A DNA stretch of 64,000 bases from an uncultured delta proteobacterium (GCA_963822965.1 CAWGJT010000008.1:102829-166828); one strand, 5' to 3'. Counted from the stretch's first letter, positions 44,835 to 61,739 are shown. Notes: a model not told the origin generated them from the letters alone. A program made the numbers and translations.

Positions 44835-47800
44835 GCCGACTGCTCAAGATTATTACAAGCAGTGGCGAGGATCGTAATACGTCACTGGATTCATTCTGCC
44901 GAAACGCCTCCATTGCCGAACTGCTGGACGGTGCGGATTACTCGATGAATTTCGCCGCGATAGCGGCAATCTTTACCAGCGTGTACGCGCACTTTTCTTT
45001 CTTTACGCAATTCACCGCTTCTACATTCCCCGCCATGCAGAGAGCAATCATTCGGCTAACATACCGTTCAATGGATATCAGGGTTTACTCGAACGAAGGT
45101 TCGAAGAAGCGATCTCCTGTTTCCTAGCAGAACAAGAGCAGAAAGGGCATAGCGCTTCCATCTCTAGCGCACTGGCTGCCGGCTATAGATCGTTGGGGCT
45201 TCAAACACTCGCCGATCAGGTAAGACGCAGTGTGCGAAGCGTGCGCGGAAATCAGTGGATGTTCCGCATCGGTCATGCCTCCGACTATCCGCTGCGAATT
45301 CGCTCCGAACTCCTGATGGCGAATCCTGGATATCCAATTCTTCACGAAGCAACGCCCGTGCGAATGGACTTTACTCACAGCGGCTGGAGCGACATCTTTT
45401 TTCTCGGCATGGATTTTCCGGAGGGCGCTCGCGTTCTAAATGCTTCGATCGATCTTGCCGTTTGCTCCGGCACTCCTGGCGCCGTTAAGCCAAAGCCGCC
45501 GGTTCAGGCTTGGTTGCGCGTCATCGATGAGCCTGCCATTCGCTTGACCAGCATCGATCTTTCGACAACGGCAGACGTGACATCGATATCAGAGGTTTTC
45601 GACTTCCCCCGCGATTATCTTGGACTGCTCAAGGCAGGTGTGATTGCCAGCGGTCTCATCCCTTCCGGAATTGAAGGTGCAACGCAGCCGCTTTCTGAAA
45701 TTTTGGAAAAGCTCACCGGTAAGGCAGGCTTTGGAATTGAGATTGTCAGCCGCGTCAACGATATTCCCAAAGGTTCAAGGCTCGCGGTTTCCACTAACCT
45801 GTTGGCCTGCATTATCACCGTTTGCATGCGAGCCACCGGTCAGATCAAATCGTTGACGGGAGCGCTTGTTGAAGAAGATCGGCGACTGGTTGCTGCCCGC
45901 GCGATCCTTGGAGAATGGTTGAGCGGTAGTGGAGGCGGCTGGCAAGACTCCGGTGGTGTCTGGCCGGGCATCAAGATCATCCACGGCGTTCTTGCAGAAT
46001 CGAACGACCCGGAGTTCGGTATCAGCCGAGGATGCCTGTTGCCTCGCCACAAAATCCTGAATGAAGCTGAAGTCCCGCGCCAGGCCTGCGAGCATCTGCA
46101 AGATAGCCTGGTTCTCGTTCACGGCGGCATGGCTCAGGATGTCGGTCACATTCTTGAAATGGTGACCGAGAAATATCTACTGCGCTCAGAAGTTGAGTGG
46201 CAGGCACGCAAACAATCGATAGGTATTCTGAATGAAATCATCACGCGGCTTCAGCGCGATGACATTCGTGCGTTGGGGACCTCATTGCAGAGCAACTTCG
46301 ATGGTCCCATTCAATCGATAATTCCCTGGGCCGACAATCTATACACTCAAATGCTCATCGATCGGGTCCGACTGGAATTCGGCAAAGACTTCTGGGGCTT
46401 CTGGATGCTTGGCGGCATGAGTGGCGGCGGCATGGGATTCCTTTTCGATCCGGTTCGAAAGCCTGCAGCCCAAGCACGCATGCAAACCATTATGAGCGAG
46501 ACCAAACGGAAGTTGGAGCATAGCGTTCCTTTTGCCATAGAGCCCGTGGTCTACGATTTCTCTATCAACGAAGCCGGTACATTCGCCACCCTGCAAAGCG
46601 GCGACGAGGCTCTGATGCCCGCCAACTACTACACTCTGCATGTGCCGGGTCTCATTCGCAGCGATGCGATTCAACTTTCGCAATTACGCCGCAACGAACT
46701 GGAGCGATTTACGGCTGCCTGCAGAACCAATCCCGACTACGCAGGCATGACACAGACGCTCTTTGACCATATGCTTCCCTCAGGTTCGCAAACTGAGGGT
46801 GGCGAGAAAACATCGCTGCGCGCTCTTCTCGATGCGTTTGGATTCGACCGAGTGCTTCATGAGCAGATTCGTCAGGATTTGCTCTCCGGACGAATCGGCA
46901 TGGGGCAGAACCGGATACGCGAGACGCGCCAGGTTGAGGATGCGGAGGCAGAGCATGTAGATCCGGCTCATCGGCAGACAGGACTGCAAGCTCTCGCTGA
47001 TGGATCGGTTGCAGTCGTAACCCTGGCGGGCGGAATCGGCACGCGATGGACGCGCGGAGCCGGTGTGGTGAAAGCGCTGAACCCATTCAGCAGGCTGGGC
47101 GGACGATATCGCAACTTCATAGAGGTCCATCTGGCCAAGAGCCTTCACATCGGCCGTGTGTGTGGCACGATGCCGCCGCACATTATTACCACGAGCTATC
47201 TTACGCACGATGCCATTGCGCAACACCTCATGGTCGAGAATAACTACGATTACCCCGGTCAACTGCTGCTTTCGCAGGGACGAAGCATTGGCTTGCGCAT
47301 GGTCCCTACGGTGCGCGACCTCCGCTTCGCATGGGAAGAGACCAATCAGCAGGTATTGGACGTCCAGGCGCAGAAAGTGCGAGATGGGCTGCATGAAGCG
47401 CTGATCCAGTGGGCACAAAAAACCGGTGAAGCCTCAGACTATGTAGACAATGAACCGATGCAGTCTCTACATCCGGTTGGGCACTGGTATGAGATTGCGA
47501 ATCTACTGCGCAATGGAACGCTCAAGGAACTTCTTATAACGCGGCCGCAGTTGAAGTACATCCTGATTCATAACATCGACACTGTCGGCGCCAATGCGGA
47601 CGCGGCGATTCTCGGCGATCACATTCATAGCGGGGCCGCGTTGACGGCCGAAGTGATCACACGGCACATTGAGGATCGCGGTGGCGGACTGGCTCGCGTC
47701 GATGGCCACGTGCAGCTACTTGAGAGTTTGGCGTTCCCCAGTGAGGAAATTGAAAGCAATTTGAGTTACTACAACAGCGCAACTTACTGGGTGAATATTG

Positions 47801-48144
47801 ATAGCCTTCTGGAACTGTTCGGACTGGACCGCGATGACCTCTCCAATGTCGAACGAGTAGTTGATGCCGTTCGCGCTCTTGCAGCGCGCATGCCGACCTA
47901 CGTCACTCTAAAAGACGTGAAGAAGCGCTGGGGCAAAGGGCAGGAAGATATCTTCCCGGTAACCCAATTTGAAAAGCTTTGGGGAGACGTGACCATGTTG
48001 CCTCAGTTGAAATGCCGCTTTGTTGTTGTGCAGCGGGCACGCGGACAACAGCTAAAGGAACCAGGACAACTCGACACCTGGTTGCGAGACGGTAGCGCTG
48101 CGTTTACTGAGTCGCTTTGCGCATGGCGTGAAGTTGCCAGTTGA
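44831..48144 (+). CDS. fusion of a fucokinase-like GHMP sugar kinase and a UDPGP/UAP-family pyrophosphorylase, ~1,100 aa (frameshift near 44930)
   Basis: TPVRMDFTHSGWSD, IPKGSRLAVS, GGGWQD, GGMSGGG; then LAGGIGTRW, HPVGH, HNIDT, QFEKLWGD, QLKE. Confidence 0.75.
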
Positions 48145-48168
48145 TTGCCTTCCTATGCGCACTGGCTT

Positions 48169-49098
48169 TTACGCTTGCTTGGCTCGGCAATGATTGATTG
48201 TCTTAACCAACCCTTGCCTCAGGTCTGTTTGGGGCTCCCACCGCAGCAGCATTTTTGCTTTGGTTATGTCGGGGCAGCGGCGCGTGGGATCGTCCTGCGG
48301 AACTTCACAATAGTGCATTGCACTTTTGGAGTCAGTTAACTGCAGGATTTCCCGCGCACATTCCATGATCGTGAATTCATTCGGATTGCCTATATTCACC
48401 GGGAGGTGTTCATCGCTCATGGAGAGTCGGAGGATTCCTTCAATGAGATCGTCTACATAGCAGAAGCTGCGCGTCTGGCTTCCATCTCCGTAAATGGTGA
48501 GAGGCTCCCCAGCCAGCGCCTGTGCAACAAAGTTCGAAATTACGCGGCCATCTTCAGGGTGCAGGCGGGGACCATAGGTGTTGAAGATCCGAACCAAATG
48601 GGTATTCACACCGCGAGCGCGGTGGTAGGCCACGACAAGCGCTTCAGCATATCGCTTAGCTTCGTCGTAGACAGAGCGCGGGCCAACCGGATTCACATTG
48701 CCCCAGTAACTTTCGCGCTGCGGATGTTCGAGCGGTTCGCCGTAGCACTCTGAAGTGGAGGCGTGAAGATATCCTGCATTATTGCGAAATGCAATCTCGA
48801 GCGTGTTCTCCACTCCGACTGAGCCAACACGGAGGGTTTGAATCGGCAACTCAAGGTATTTTGGCGGGCTCGCAGGAGACGCAAAGTTGAACACATAATC
48901 GACTGGTCCTGGGTCAAACGGCTCGCAGATATCCTCCACAACCAGGCTGAATCGCCGCTCGCCTGCAAGGTGCGCGATGTTTTCAAGGGAGCCTGTAGAC
49001 AGGTTGTCGTAGCCCACAATCGAGTGGCCATCGGCAAGCAAACGATCAACCAAATGAGAGCCCAGAAATCCGGCTGCGCCGGTTACTAGAACGCGCAT
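48169..49098 (-). CDS. uxs: UDP-glucuronate decarboxylase (UDP-xylose synthase)
   Basis: [51 protein letters not shown]. Confidence 0.92.
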   Translation of the reverse strand: MRVLVTGAAGFLGSHLVDRLLADGHSIVGYDNLSTGSLENIAHLAGERRFSLVVEDICEPFDPGPVDYVFNFASPASPPKYLELPIQTLRVGSVGVENTLEIAFRNNAGYLHASTSECYGEPLEHPQRESYWGNVNPVGPRSVYDEAKRYAEALVVAYHRARGVNTHLVRIFNTYGPRLHPEDGRVISNFVAQALAGEPLTIYGDGSQTRSFCYVDDLIEGILRLSMSDEHLPVNIGNPNEFTIMECAREILQLTDSKSAMHYCEVPQDDPTRRCPDITKAKMLLRWEPQTDLRQGLVKTINHCRAKQA

Positions 49099-49204
49099 GC
49101 TCAACGCAATATGCTCCGAGATTCCGCATCACGATTCGAAAACTGGCCAGCCCTCTTACTGCGATGCTTTTGAGTGCCCTATAACGCCCAGCTCTTGCGA
49201 AGGT

Positions 49205-50621
49205 TCACTTTACAAACTTGCGCGGTTTGCCTTCCTGCGCCAGATAGTTCGCTGGTCTGCCGACACTAACATAAGTAAAGCCGTGCTCAAGCATTCTCTG
49301 CGGCTTATACAGATTGCGGCCATCGATTACGATCGGGAATTTAACCTCGCGGTTGAGCCTGGCAAGATCCATGTCGCCAAACTCCTTCCAGTCCGTAAGA
49401 ATCAGCACAGCATCCACGTCTCTCGCTGCCTCGTATAGATTCGTTGCATACTGCATCTTTTGCGACGGTGGCAGAACTTCCCTGGCACGATCGATTGCAG
49501 CGGGGTCGTATGCCGTAATGTTCGCGCCCGCCTCCAGCAATCTCTGGATTACGTCGATCGCAGGAGATTCTCGAATGTCATCTGTGTCACCTTTGAAGGC
49601 AAGCCCCAAAAGCTGCCAACCGCTTCCCTCTTAGCGTCCAAAGTGCCTGCAGGACCTTATTAAAGAATATTTCTTTCTGCGTCTCATTGATTTTTCGAAT
49701 TTCCCGCAACAGCTGGAAATCGACGCCGTACTGTTGCGCCACCTGATGGAATGCGGCAACATCCTTAGGAAAGCACGAGCCACCATATCCAAGTCCTGCC
49801 CGCAAGAATTTCGGTCCGATTCTACTGTCGAGCCCCATGCCGGCGGCGATGTCTTCCACATCAGCGTCCACGGCCTCAGCGAGATTGGCGACAGCGTTGA
49901 TGAATGAAATCTTCAGCGCAAGAAACGCGTTTGAAGCGTGTTTAATGATTTCCGCACTCTGTGCAGAAGTGACAAGCAATTTCGCAGGCTGATCCACATT
50001 GCACGGACCGGATAGAGCCCCCAGTTGAGAATAGTAACTTCCGCTGGTCAACGGCTCATAGATGCGGCTCAGCAGATCAATTGAAGCATCGCTGGTCGCG
50101 CCAACCACAATGCGATCGGGATGGAGAAAATCCATGATCGCCGTCCCCTCGCGCAGAAATTCTGGGTTCGATACCACATCGTATTTGCTCGGTTCAACAC
50201 CGTGGCGATACAAAACGCGGCGTATCCACTCGTTCGTATAGACAGGTACTGTGCTCTTTTCAACGATGACCTTGTATCCGTTAATGGATCGCGCTACCTC
50301 GGCAACCACAGCCTCCACATAGGAGAGATCTGCAGCACCGCTGGCGCCTTGCGGCGTGCCTACGGCGATAAAGAGCGCATCGCATTCTTTAACAGCCGAG
50401 GCCAGATCGGTAGTGAATTCAACGCCCCGGCCGGCGTGTTTGGCCAATAGTTTCGGCAAATGTTCTTCAAAAATGGGTACGCCACCATCACGCAGGACCT
50501 TCACCCGTGCTTCATCGTTGTCGACACTGATGACCCGGTGCCCGATCTCTGCAAAGCAGGCGGCTGCAACCAGCCCCACATAACCTGAACCGATGACGCA
50601 AATCGAAACTGAATCAGCCAC
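49205..50621 (-). CDS. ugd: UDP-glucose 6-dehydrogenase (one frameshift near 49610)
   Basis: IGSGYVGL, AVGTP, KSTVP, NPEFLREG, GYGGSCFPKD, GLAFK..TDDIRES. Confidence 0.93.
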
Positions 50622-50798
50622 GCGTTTGTCTTGTCTCCTATGAATCATGTTATGTCAGTGAGTGGGCGATCTCAAAGTCAATCGACTCCAGAATTACGTC
50701 GAAAGCCGACGTTATAGAAGCGCGGCAATCGATCGCGGACGAATTAGCAGCGTGACCGTCATAGGAAAATCAGCCGTTTCCAGGACGCGTAAGATTTC

Positions 50799-50898
50799 CT
50801 ACCTGAAGAGTCGCGGAGCGAAATCCTTCAGATCGCGTCGCCAGGTTTGCAGCAATACGTAACGGCGCCGCGCGCAGGGCAACGCCAGATCGCCGACG
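50799..50898 (-). CDS. probable 3' end of an unknown gene upstream of ugd, truncated at the junction
   Basis: Frame ...[31 protein letters not shown], co-oriented with ugd; no diagnostic motif. Confidence 0.3.
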
Positions 50899-51552
50899 AA
50901 CTTCGGAGGCGACAAGATCCGGAGCCGGATGGCCGAGGTGTACGACGGCGACGCCAAGTTCGTGAAGTTCATCCAGAGCCTGAGCGACGACGAGGTCAAG
51001 TCGCTCGCCCGCAAGCTCAAGCGCGGCGTGTTCTTCGGCACTCCGGTGTTCGACGGCGCCCGCGAGGAGCAGATCAAGGGCGCACTCGTCAAGGCGGACC
51101 TGTCCACTTCGGGTCAGGCCATTCTCTTCGACGGGCGCACCGGCGAGCCGTTCGACAAGGATGTGACCGTGGGCATCATGTACATGCTCAAGCTGCACCA
51201 CCTGGTCGACGACAAGATCCACGCGCGCTCGATCGGGCCCTACTCGCTCGTCACGCAGCAGCCCCTGGGCGGCAAAGCCCAGTTCGGCGGCCAGCGTCTC
51301 GGCGAGATGGAGGTCTGGGCGATGGAGGCCTACGGCGCTGCCTACGCGCTGCAGGAGTTCCTGACCGTCAAGAGCGACGACGTGCAGGGCCGCACGCGCA
51401 TGTACGAGTCCATTGTCAAGGGCGAGTACGCGCTGGAAGCGGGACTGCCGGAGAGCTTCAACGTGCTCATCAAGGAGCTGCAGTCGCTGTGTCTCAACGT
51501 CGAGCTGGTCGAAAGCACCGGCGCCGCCACTGCGACGGCGGCAGAGGAGTGA
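50899..51552 (+). CDS. rpoB: RNA polymerase beta subunit, C-terminal fragment
   Basis: [48 protein letters not shown]. Confidence 0.97.
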   Translation, partial: NFGGDKIRSRMAEVYDGDAKFVKFIQSLSDDEVKSLARKLKRGVFFGTPVFDGAREEQIKGALVKADLSTSGQAILFDGRTGEPFDKDVTVGIMYMLKLHHLVDDKIHARSIGPYSLVTQQPLGGKAQFGGQRLGEMEVWAMEAYGAAYALQEFLTVKSDDVQGRTRMYESIVKGEYALEAGLPESFNVLIKELQSLCLNVELVESTGAATATAAEE

Positions 51553-51660
51553 GGGTCCGCGTGATGAACCCGAGTCCCGTTTCTGGATTTGCCATCCGTC
51601 CGCCCGCCTGTTGCGGGTGGACAATGTCCGTGTCCGTGTCCGTGAGCGAAGGAGGCTGCC

Positions 51661-55925
<4,265 letters not shown>

Positions 55926-55932
55926 CGGGACA

Positions 55933-55968
55933 GCGCTCCGCGGCCCGTCGGGTCGCGGAGCGCGGTTC
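55933..55968 (+). terminator. hairpin after rpoC (probable terminator)
   Basis: 14-bp stem GCGCTCCGCGGCCC/GGGTCGCGGAGCGC with one G-U pair; weak U tract. Confidence 0.5.
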
Positions 55969-56003
55969 TGTACGGCCGAGCGGTCGGGCGTAGAGTCGCG
56001 GTG

Positions 56004-57648
56004 ATGGTGAGACGAGGGCTCGGGTGCGCCGTATGTGCGGTTCTGCTTGCGGCGGGGTGTGGCGGAAGCTCGACTGGCGCTAGCGCTTCGAAGGAAGCCG
56101 GCGCGGGAACGGGTGGTACCGGTGCAAGCGGCGGGTCCGCTGGAGCCGACGGCGGGCAGCCCGACGGCAGTGCCGGAACGGGCGGCAGTTCGGGGTCGGC
56201 GGGCAGCGCGGGCAGCGCGGGCAGCGACGGTGGTTCGCTGCCGTCGCTCGCGGGTACGGCGTTCTGGGCGGTCGACCTGCCCAACGAGCGCGGCACAAGT
56301 CCGGTCTGGGACAAGCCGTGGGCCGTCGTCGTTCACAATGTGGGTTCCGGGCACGCCGGCGTGAAGGTGGAGCGGAACGACGCGGCCGTCGGAGCGGCGC
56401 CGTCGCTGACCACGGTTCTGGCTGTCGATTCTCGCACCGGACGAGGTCAGGGACATCGTCATGCCAACGCGCGAGGTGACCGGACAGACAGCCAGCACGG
56501 CCGAGCCCCCTGGGCCTCCGATGACCGAGCTCTCGTCCAACGCCTTCCGCATCACGTCGGATCGGCCGCTGGTTGCCTATCAACAGAATCCCTGGTCCGA
56601 CGCCTCGTCGAACGACGGCACGCCGCTCCTGCCGACGGCGCGGCTCGGAACGAGCTATCGCGTGCTGGGCCTACCCACAGCCAACCCTGTCGCGGTCATG
56701 GCCCCGTTTCCCGGCATTCCCGACCACTCGTCGATAACCATCGTCGGCGCCGAGCCCGGGACGAATGTCACCGTCACGGCGGGCGGGGATTGACTCGGCA
56801 ACAGCGCGAGCGGCATCGCAGCGACCAAGACCGGTGGCACGCTGACGCTGACGCTCGGCCCGTTCGACACGCTGAATCTCGCCAGCGACGGCGCGCCCGG
56901 CGACCTCACCGGCACGCTGATCCAGGCGTCCAAGCCGGTCGCGGTGTTCACCAGCGGCGAGCGGATCCTGGCGCCGTTCTCGAAGCTGACACCTGCGCCG
57001 CCGACACCGCCTGGCTACGACCCCGCGTCGCTGTGCTGCACGGAGCACTTCGAAGCGGAGCTTCCTCCGGTCGATGCGGCAGGCAGGCACTTCGTCGTCC
57101 CGAAATCGCCGCTGCGCTCCGACGGTGGTTACGTGGAGCCCGACCTGGCGCGGGTCGTGGCGACGGCCGATGGGACCCAGGTCGCCACGAGCCTGCCCGC
57201 GCCCATGAACCAGTTCACGCTCCAGGCGGGGCAAGCCCGTGACGTGTGGGCAGTGAAGAGCTTTACGGTTTCTTCAAGCGCGCCAGTGCTGGTCGCCCAG
57301 GTTCTCGTGAGTGGTACCTTCACGACGCAGAAAACGGGGGATCCATCCGTGTCGCTTATCCCGGATGTCGAGCAGCAACGCACGAGCTACGCGTTCGTGG
57401 CGCCACCGGGATACTCCACCCAGCGCGTCGTGCTGGTCTCGCCGGTGGACAACACGTCTACCGTCGACGGTCAGAACGCGGGGTGTTCGGCGACTCCAAT
57501 CGGAAAGTCCGGGGCCACCAGCTACGAACGCATCGAGTGCCCGGTCACTGCGGGCGCCCATCACATTTCGGGGACGAAGCCGATGGGGGCGTTCATCTAC
57601 GGCTACAGCGCTACCGGCTCGTACGCGATTGCACTGACCGGCAACTAG
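56004..57648 (+). CDS. myxobacterial lipoprotein with IgGFc-binding-protein-like domain (frameshift near 56440, in-frame TGA at 56791)
   Basis: Lipobox AAGC, Gly/Ser linker, [41 protein letters not shown]. Confidence 0.7.
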
Positions 57649-58125
57649 CGCGACTTCGTTTTCGCGATGTCGCCGGTCGTCGCCTCGACGGCGCGCAGGT
57701 AGTCGGCGGGAGCGATCAGGATCTGCGTACCGCGCGCTCCCGCGGAGACGGACACCACGTCGAACAACTCGAGCGTCTCGTCGGCGTACACGGGGTAGGG
57801 CTTCTTGCAGGCCAGTGCCGTTACCCCGCCACGTACGTAGCCGGTCAGTGGCTGCACCTCCTTCAGCGGAACGGTGTCGACTTTGCGGTCGCCGGTGAGC
57901 CGCGCGAGGGCTTTCAGGTCGAGCTCGCTGTCGCCGGGCACGACAGCCAGACACACGCCGTGGCGGTCTCCGCGGACCACGAGCGTCTTGAAGACCTGCT
58001 CGGCAGGCAGCCCGACCTTTGCCGCCACCGCCTCGGCGTCGAGATGATCGGGGTCTACCTCGTAGCTCCGGAGCTCATAGCGGATATCAAGCGTATCCAG
58101 CTCTGCGCACGGCGTTGGTCTTCAT
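57645..58125 (-). CDS. ybaK: Cys-tRNA(Pro) deacylase (frameshift near the 5' end)
   Basis: MKTNAVR, QVFKTLV, TGYVRGGVTAL, VSAGARG. Confidence 0.9.
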
Positions 58126-58269
58126 GGGCGCAACGAGTGTGCATCAGCGGCGATTTGCCCGCGATGACCCACGAGCGCCGGCTGCTCGGCCTCCGGGTCG
58201 GGAGGAGACGGCGAGCTCTGCTGCGGCGGCGAGGCTTGCAGGCGGGCCGCGGCCGGCTACGATCGCACG

Positions 58270-59859
58270 ATGCGCTGGTCGGTCTTGGTTATTGTTGCTT
58301 GTGTCGCCGCGCTCTCGGGTTGTAGCGCGAGCGGTGGAGGAAAGGCCGGGCCCGGCTGCTGGTGGCTCCGGCGGCGTCGATGGCGGTCCGGACGGGTCGG
58401 GCGGGTCCGCTGCCAGCGGCGACGGCGGTAGCTCGGGGACGGGCGGCAGCGCCAACGTGCCCGGGCCCATCTGCTTCTTGACCAATTGCTCGTCCGACGC
58501 CGAGTGCGCCGATTGCTCCTTCGGCCGCACGAAGTGCGACGTGGCTTCGCAACGCTGCGTCGCCTGTGACGCCGTCTACCGGGAAGGGCTGCCCCACGGG
58601 CAAGACCTGCACGAAGTACGGAACCTGCGCGTCCGCGGGTGCGACCTGCCCGACCGATGCCCAGGGCAGCCCAACCATCACTTGCACCGCCGACGCCGAC
58701 TGCGCCGCCTGCGACCCGAACCACCAGATATGTGACGGCGGCAAGTGCGTGACCTGTTCCGCCAAGGACGTGAGCGCGTGCAGCGGCAACGAGCACTGCG
58801 GGCCGACACGGCTCGTGCGAGCTGAACTGCCCGGACAACTGCACGGCGGACGCCGACTGCGCGCAATGCGGCACGGCCGCCGCGCCAGCGCACGCCTGCA
58901 ACGAGAAGAACGAAGAAGTGCGGGCAGTGCTCGGCGACCTCGCCTTGCTCGAATGGCGAAATCTGCTCGCCGCAGGGCGTGTGCGTCAAGGCCTGCGGCG
59001 AGCCGAACAAGCCCAAGGGTACGTGCGCGACCGACGCCGACTGCGCGGGGTGCGGCGCTGACGCAATCGCCTGCCACGTGCCCATCAACGGAGGTGACGG
59101 GCGCTGCGGCGTGCCGGCCAGCGGTTGCTCGGATCTCGGAAACGGCGTAACGGCGCTGCCGGCGCCGTGGAGCGCGGTGACCAACACCTGCTCGAACGAC
59201 TCGGACTGCAGCGGCGTGGGGCTCGACCTGAACGTCGGCAAGCTGCTGCGCGACATCAGCGGCATCAGCGGCATCAACGACGCGACGCTGCAGTACGGCA
59301 TGCACTCCTGCGCGAGCGTGTCCGTCGGGCTGGCCGGAAAGGACTACAACTGCGGCGTCTGCGTGCCGTGCAAGACCGACTCGGACTGCAGCCCGATCCA
59401 GGTCGACCCGCTCGTCAATCAGGCCTTCAGCGGGCTCGGCAAGGTTGCCGCCAAGTGGGCGCTCGACAAGCTCTACGGCGACAAGCCGCACGTCATCAAC
59501 ATGTACTGCGAGAACGTCGCTGGGGACTACGGCGTGTGCGCGCCGTGCAGTGATCCTTCCAGCGCGTGCGGCGTCGGCAGCACCGTCGGAAGCGGCTGTA
59601 CCAACGTGTGGGAGTGCGCCGCGGGCGAATACTGCAGCCAGGGGAAGTGCCAGCAGGATGCCCCCGATTGCTTCGGCGGGACCGAGACCTGCTCGGGCGG
59701 CACCATCTGCGCGTGGAACGGCGACAGGCACTGCTGCCGCACGCCCGGGACCGGCACGCAAGAGCTGCGCATCCGACGCCGAGTGCGCCCCGCAGATCTG
59801 CTCGAAGGACGCGCAGGGCAAGTTCGTACTGCATGGACAAGGCCGCGACCTGCACCTAG
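58270..59859 (+). CDS. cysteine-rich repeat lipoprotein (frameshifted)
   Basis: MRWSVLVIVACVAALSG-C lipobox, Gly/Ser linker, repeated C-x-x-D-x-[DE]-C motifs. Confidence 0.75.
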
Positions 59860-59883
59860 AAATCGCGTACACTCGCCGGCCAC

Positions 59884-61739
59884 ATGGCCGGTAAGTTGAG
59901 AATGGGTCCCGGCGAGGCAGCGCGCGCGCTGGTCGGCACGCTGGGCGATTGGGTCCGCCGCACGCCGGACCCCGAATGGCACGACAGTCTACGGGCGCAG
60001 CTGCACGCGTTGCCGAGTGCGGTCGGCCGCACCCTGCCTTGGCTCCTGCGAGCTCGCGAGGACCGCGACGAGAGCATGGTCAAGGTCGCGATGGCGAACG
60101 CTGCGGCCGACCCCGGCGGTCTCGCGTTCGAGATGCACGACGAGCGGCTGAGCTGGGAAGAGCTCGACGCGCTCTGCTCGCGTGTGGCGCACGTGCTCTC
60201 GGGACTCGGTGTTGGACGAGGGCGATGTGGTCGCGCTGGTGGGTCAGAACTCGCCGCTGTACCTGGCCATCACGCTGGGTGTCGCCCGGCTCGGCGGAAC
60301 CACCGCGCTCATCAACTACCATCTCGAAGGCGCTCCGCTGTCGCACGCGGTGAAGAGCTCCGGCGCCCGTGTCGCGATCGTCGAGCAGAAGTTCCTCGCG
60401 CCGCTTGCCGGGCGCGAAGACCTTACCGAGCAACTTCGGCATCTGTTGTCGTATCGCGACGGGGATCTGGAAGAGCGACTGGCCCGGGCTCCGGGGGTGC
60501 CGTTTCCGCGCGTTCCGGTGCCGGCCTCGAGCGACTACATCTACATCTACACCTCGGGCACGACGGGTCTTCCGAAGCCCTGCCGCGTGACGCATGCGCG
60601 CGCGCTGATCGCAGGTGCTGCGTTCGGTCAGCTCATCTTCGAGTTCAAGCCCGGCGACAAGCTGTACTCCGTGCTGCCGCTCTATCACTCGAGCGCGATG
60701 CTGATCGGGGCCGGCAGCGCCATCATGACGCGCACGCCGATGGCGCTTCGGGAGCACTTCAGCGCGACGTGCTTCTGGGAGGACGTGCAGCGCTATCACG
60801 CCACCGCAATCCTCTACATTGGCGAGCTGTGCCGCTATCTCCTGAACACGCCGCCGACCGATGCGGAGAACGACAACCCCGTGCGGGTCGCTCTCGGCAA
60901 CGGTCTGAGAGCCGACGTGTGGGAGCCGTTCCAGCGCCGCTTCGATATCCCGCTCATTCGCGAGTTCTACAGCGCTACGGAGGCGCCGGGCGCCATCTTC
61001 AATCTGACCGGCAAGGTGGGCTCCATCGGACACGTGCCGCTCAGGCGGCTCGGCCCGCTCAAGCTCGCCCGCTTCGACGTCGACCGCGACGAGCTCGTGC
61101 GCGACGAGCGGGGCTTCTGCATCGAGTGCGAGGTCGGCGAGGTCGGCGAGCTGCTGATCCGCCTGCCGGACAAGCCGCGGAGCGCGCTGGGCGACTTCAA
61201 GGGCTACACGGATGCCAGCGCCACCGAGAAGAAGATCCTGTCGAGCGTTTTCAGCAAGGGCGACCGCTACTTCCGGTCCGGCGATCTGATGCGGTTCGAC
61301 GCGAACGACTACTTCTTCTTCGTGGACCGCATCGGCGACACCTACCGCTGGAAGGGCGAGAACGTCTCCACCGCCGAGGTCGCCGAAGTGATCGGCGCGG
61401 CCCCGGGCGTTCGCGAAGCGACGGTCTCCAGCGTTCACGTGCCGGGTACCGAAGGCCAGGCAGGGCCTCGCCGCCGTCGTGTGTGACGGCGACTTCGACG
61501 CCGGTTCGTTCTGGGCGACGGCCCAGGAGCTGCCCGGCTACGCGCAACCGCGCTTCGTCAGGGTGCTCGAGCAGATGAACACGACCGGGACCTTCAAGAT
61601 CCAGAAGACAGCACTTCGCGCCGACGGCGTGGACCCCAATCGCGTCGCCGACCCCATCTACCTGCGTCAGGACGACGGCTACGTGCGATTGACGCAGGAT
61701 CTCTGGCAGAGGGTCGTCGACGGCGAGCTCCGCTTGTAG
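59884..61739 (+). CDS. long-chain acyl-CoA synthetase, FATP/VLACS type (frameshifted)
   Basis: YIYTSGTTGLPK, LPLYHS, YIGELCRYL, GNGLR, EFYSATE, DRIGDTYRWKGENVST, TGTFK. Confidence 0.9.

Noticed and set aside
51623..51643. (TGTCCG)x3 microsatellite between rpoB and rpoC
   Set aside because: Too short to support any function.
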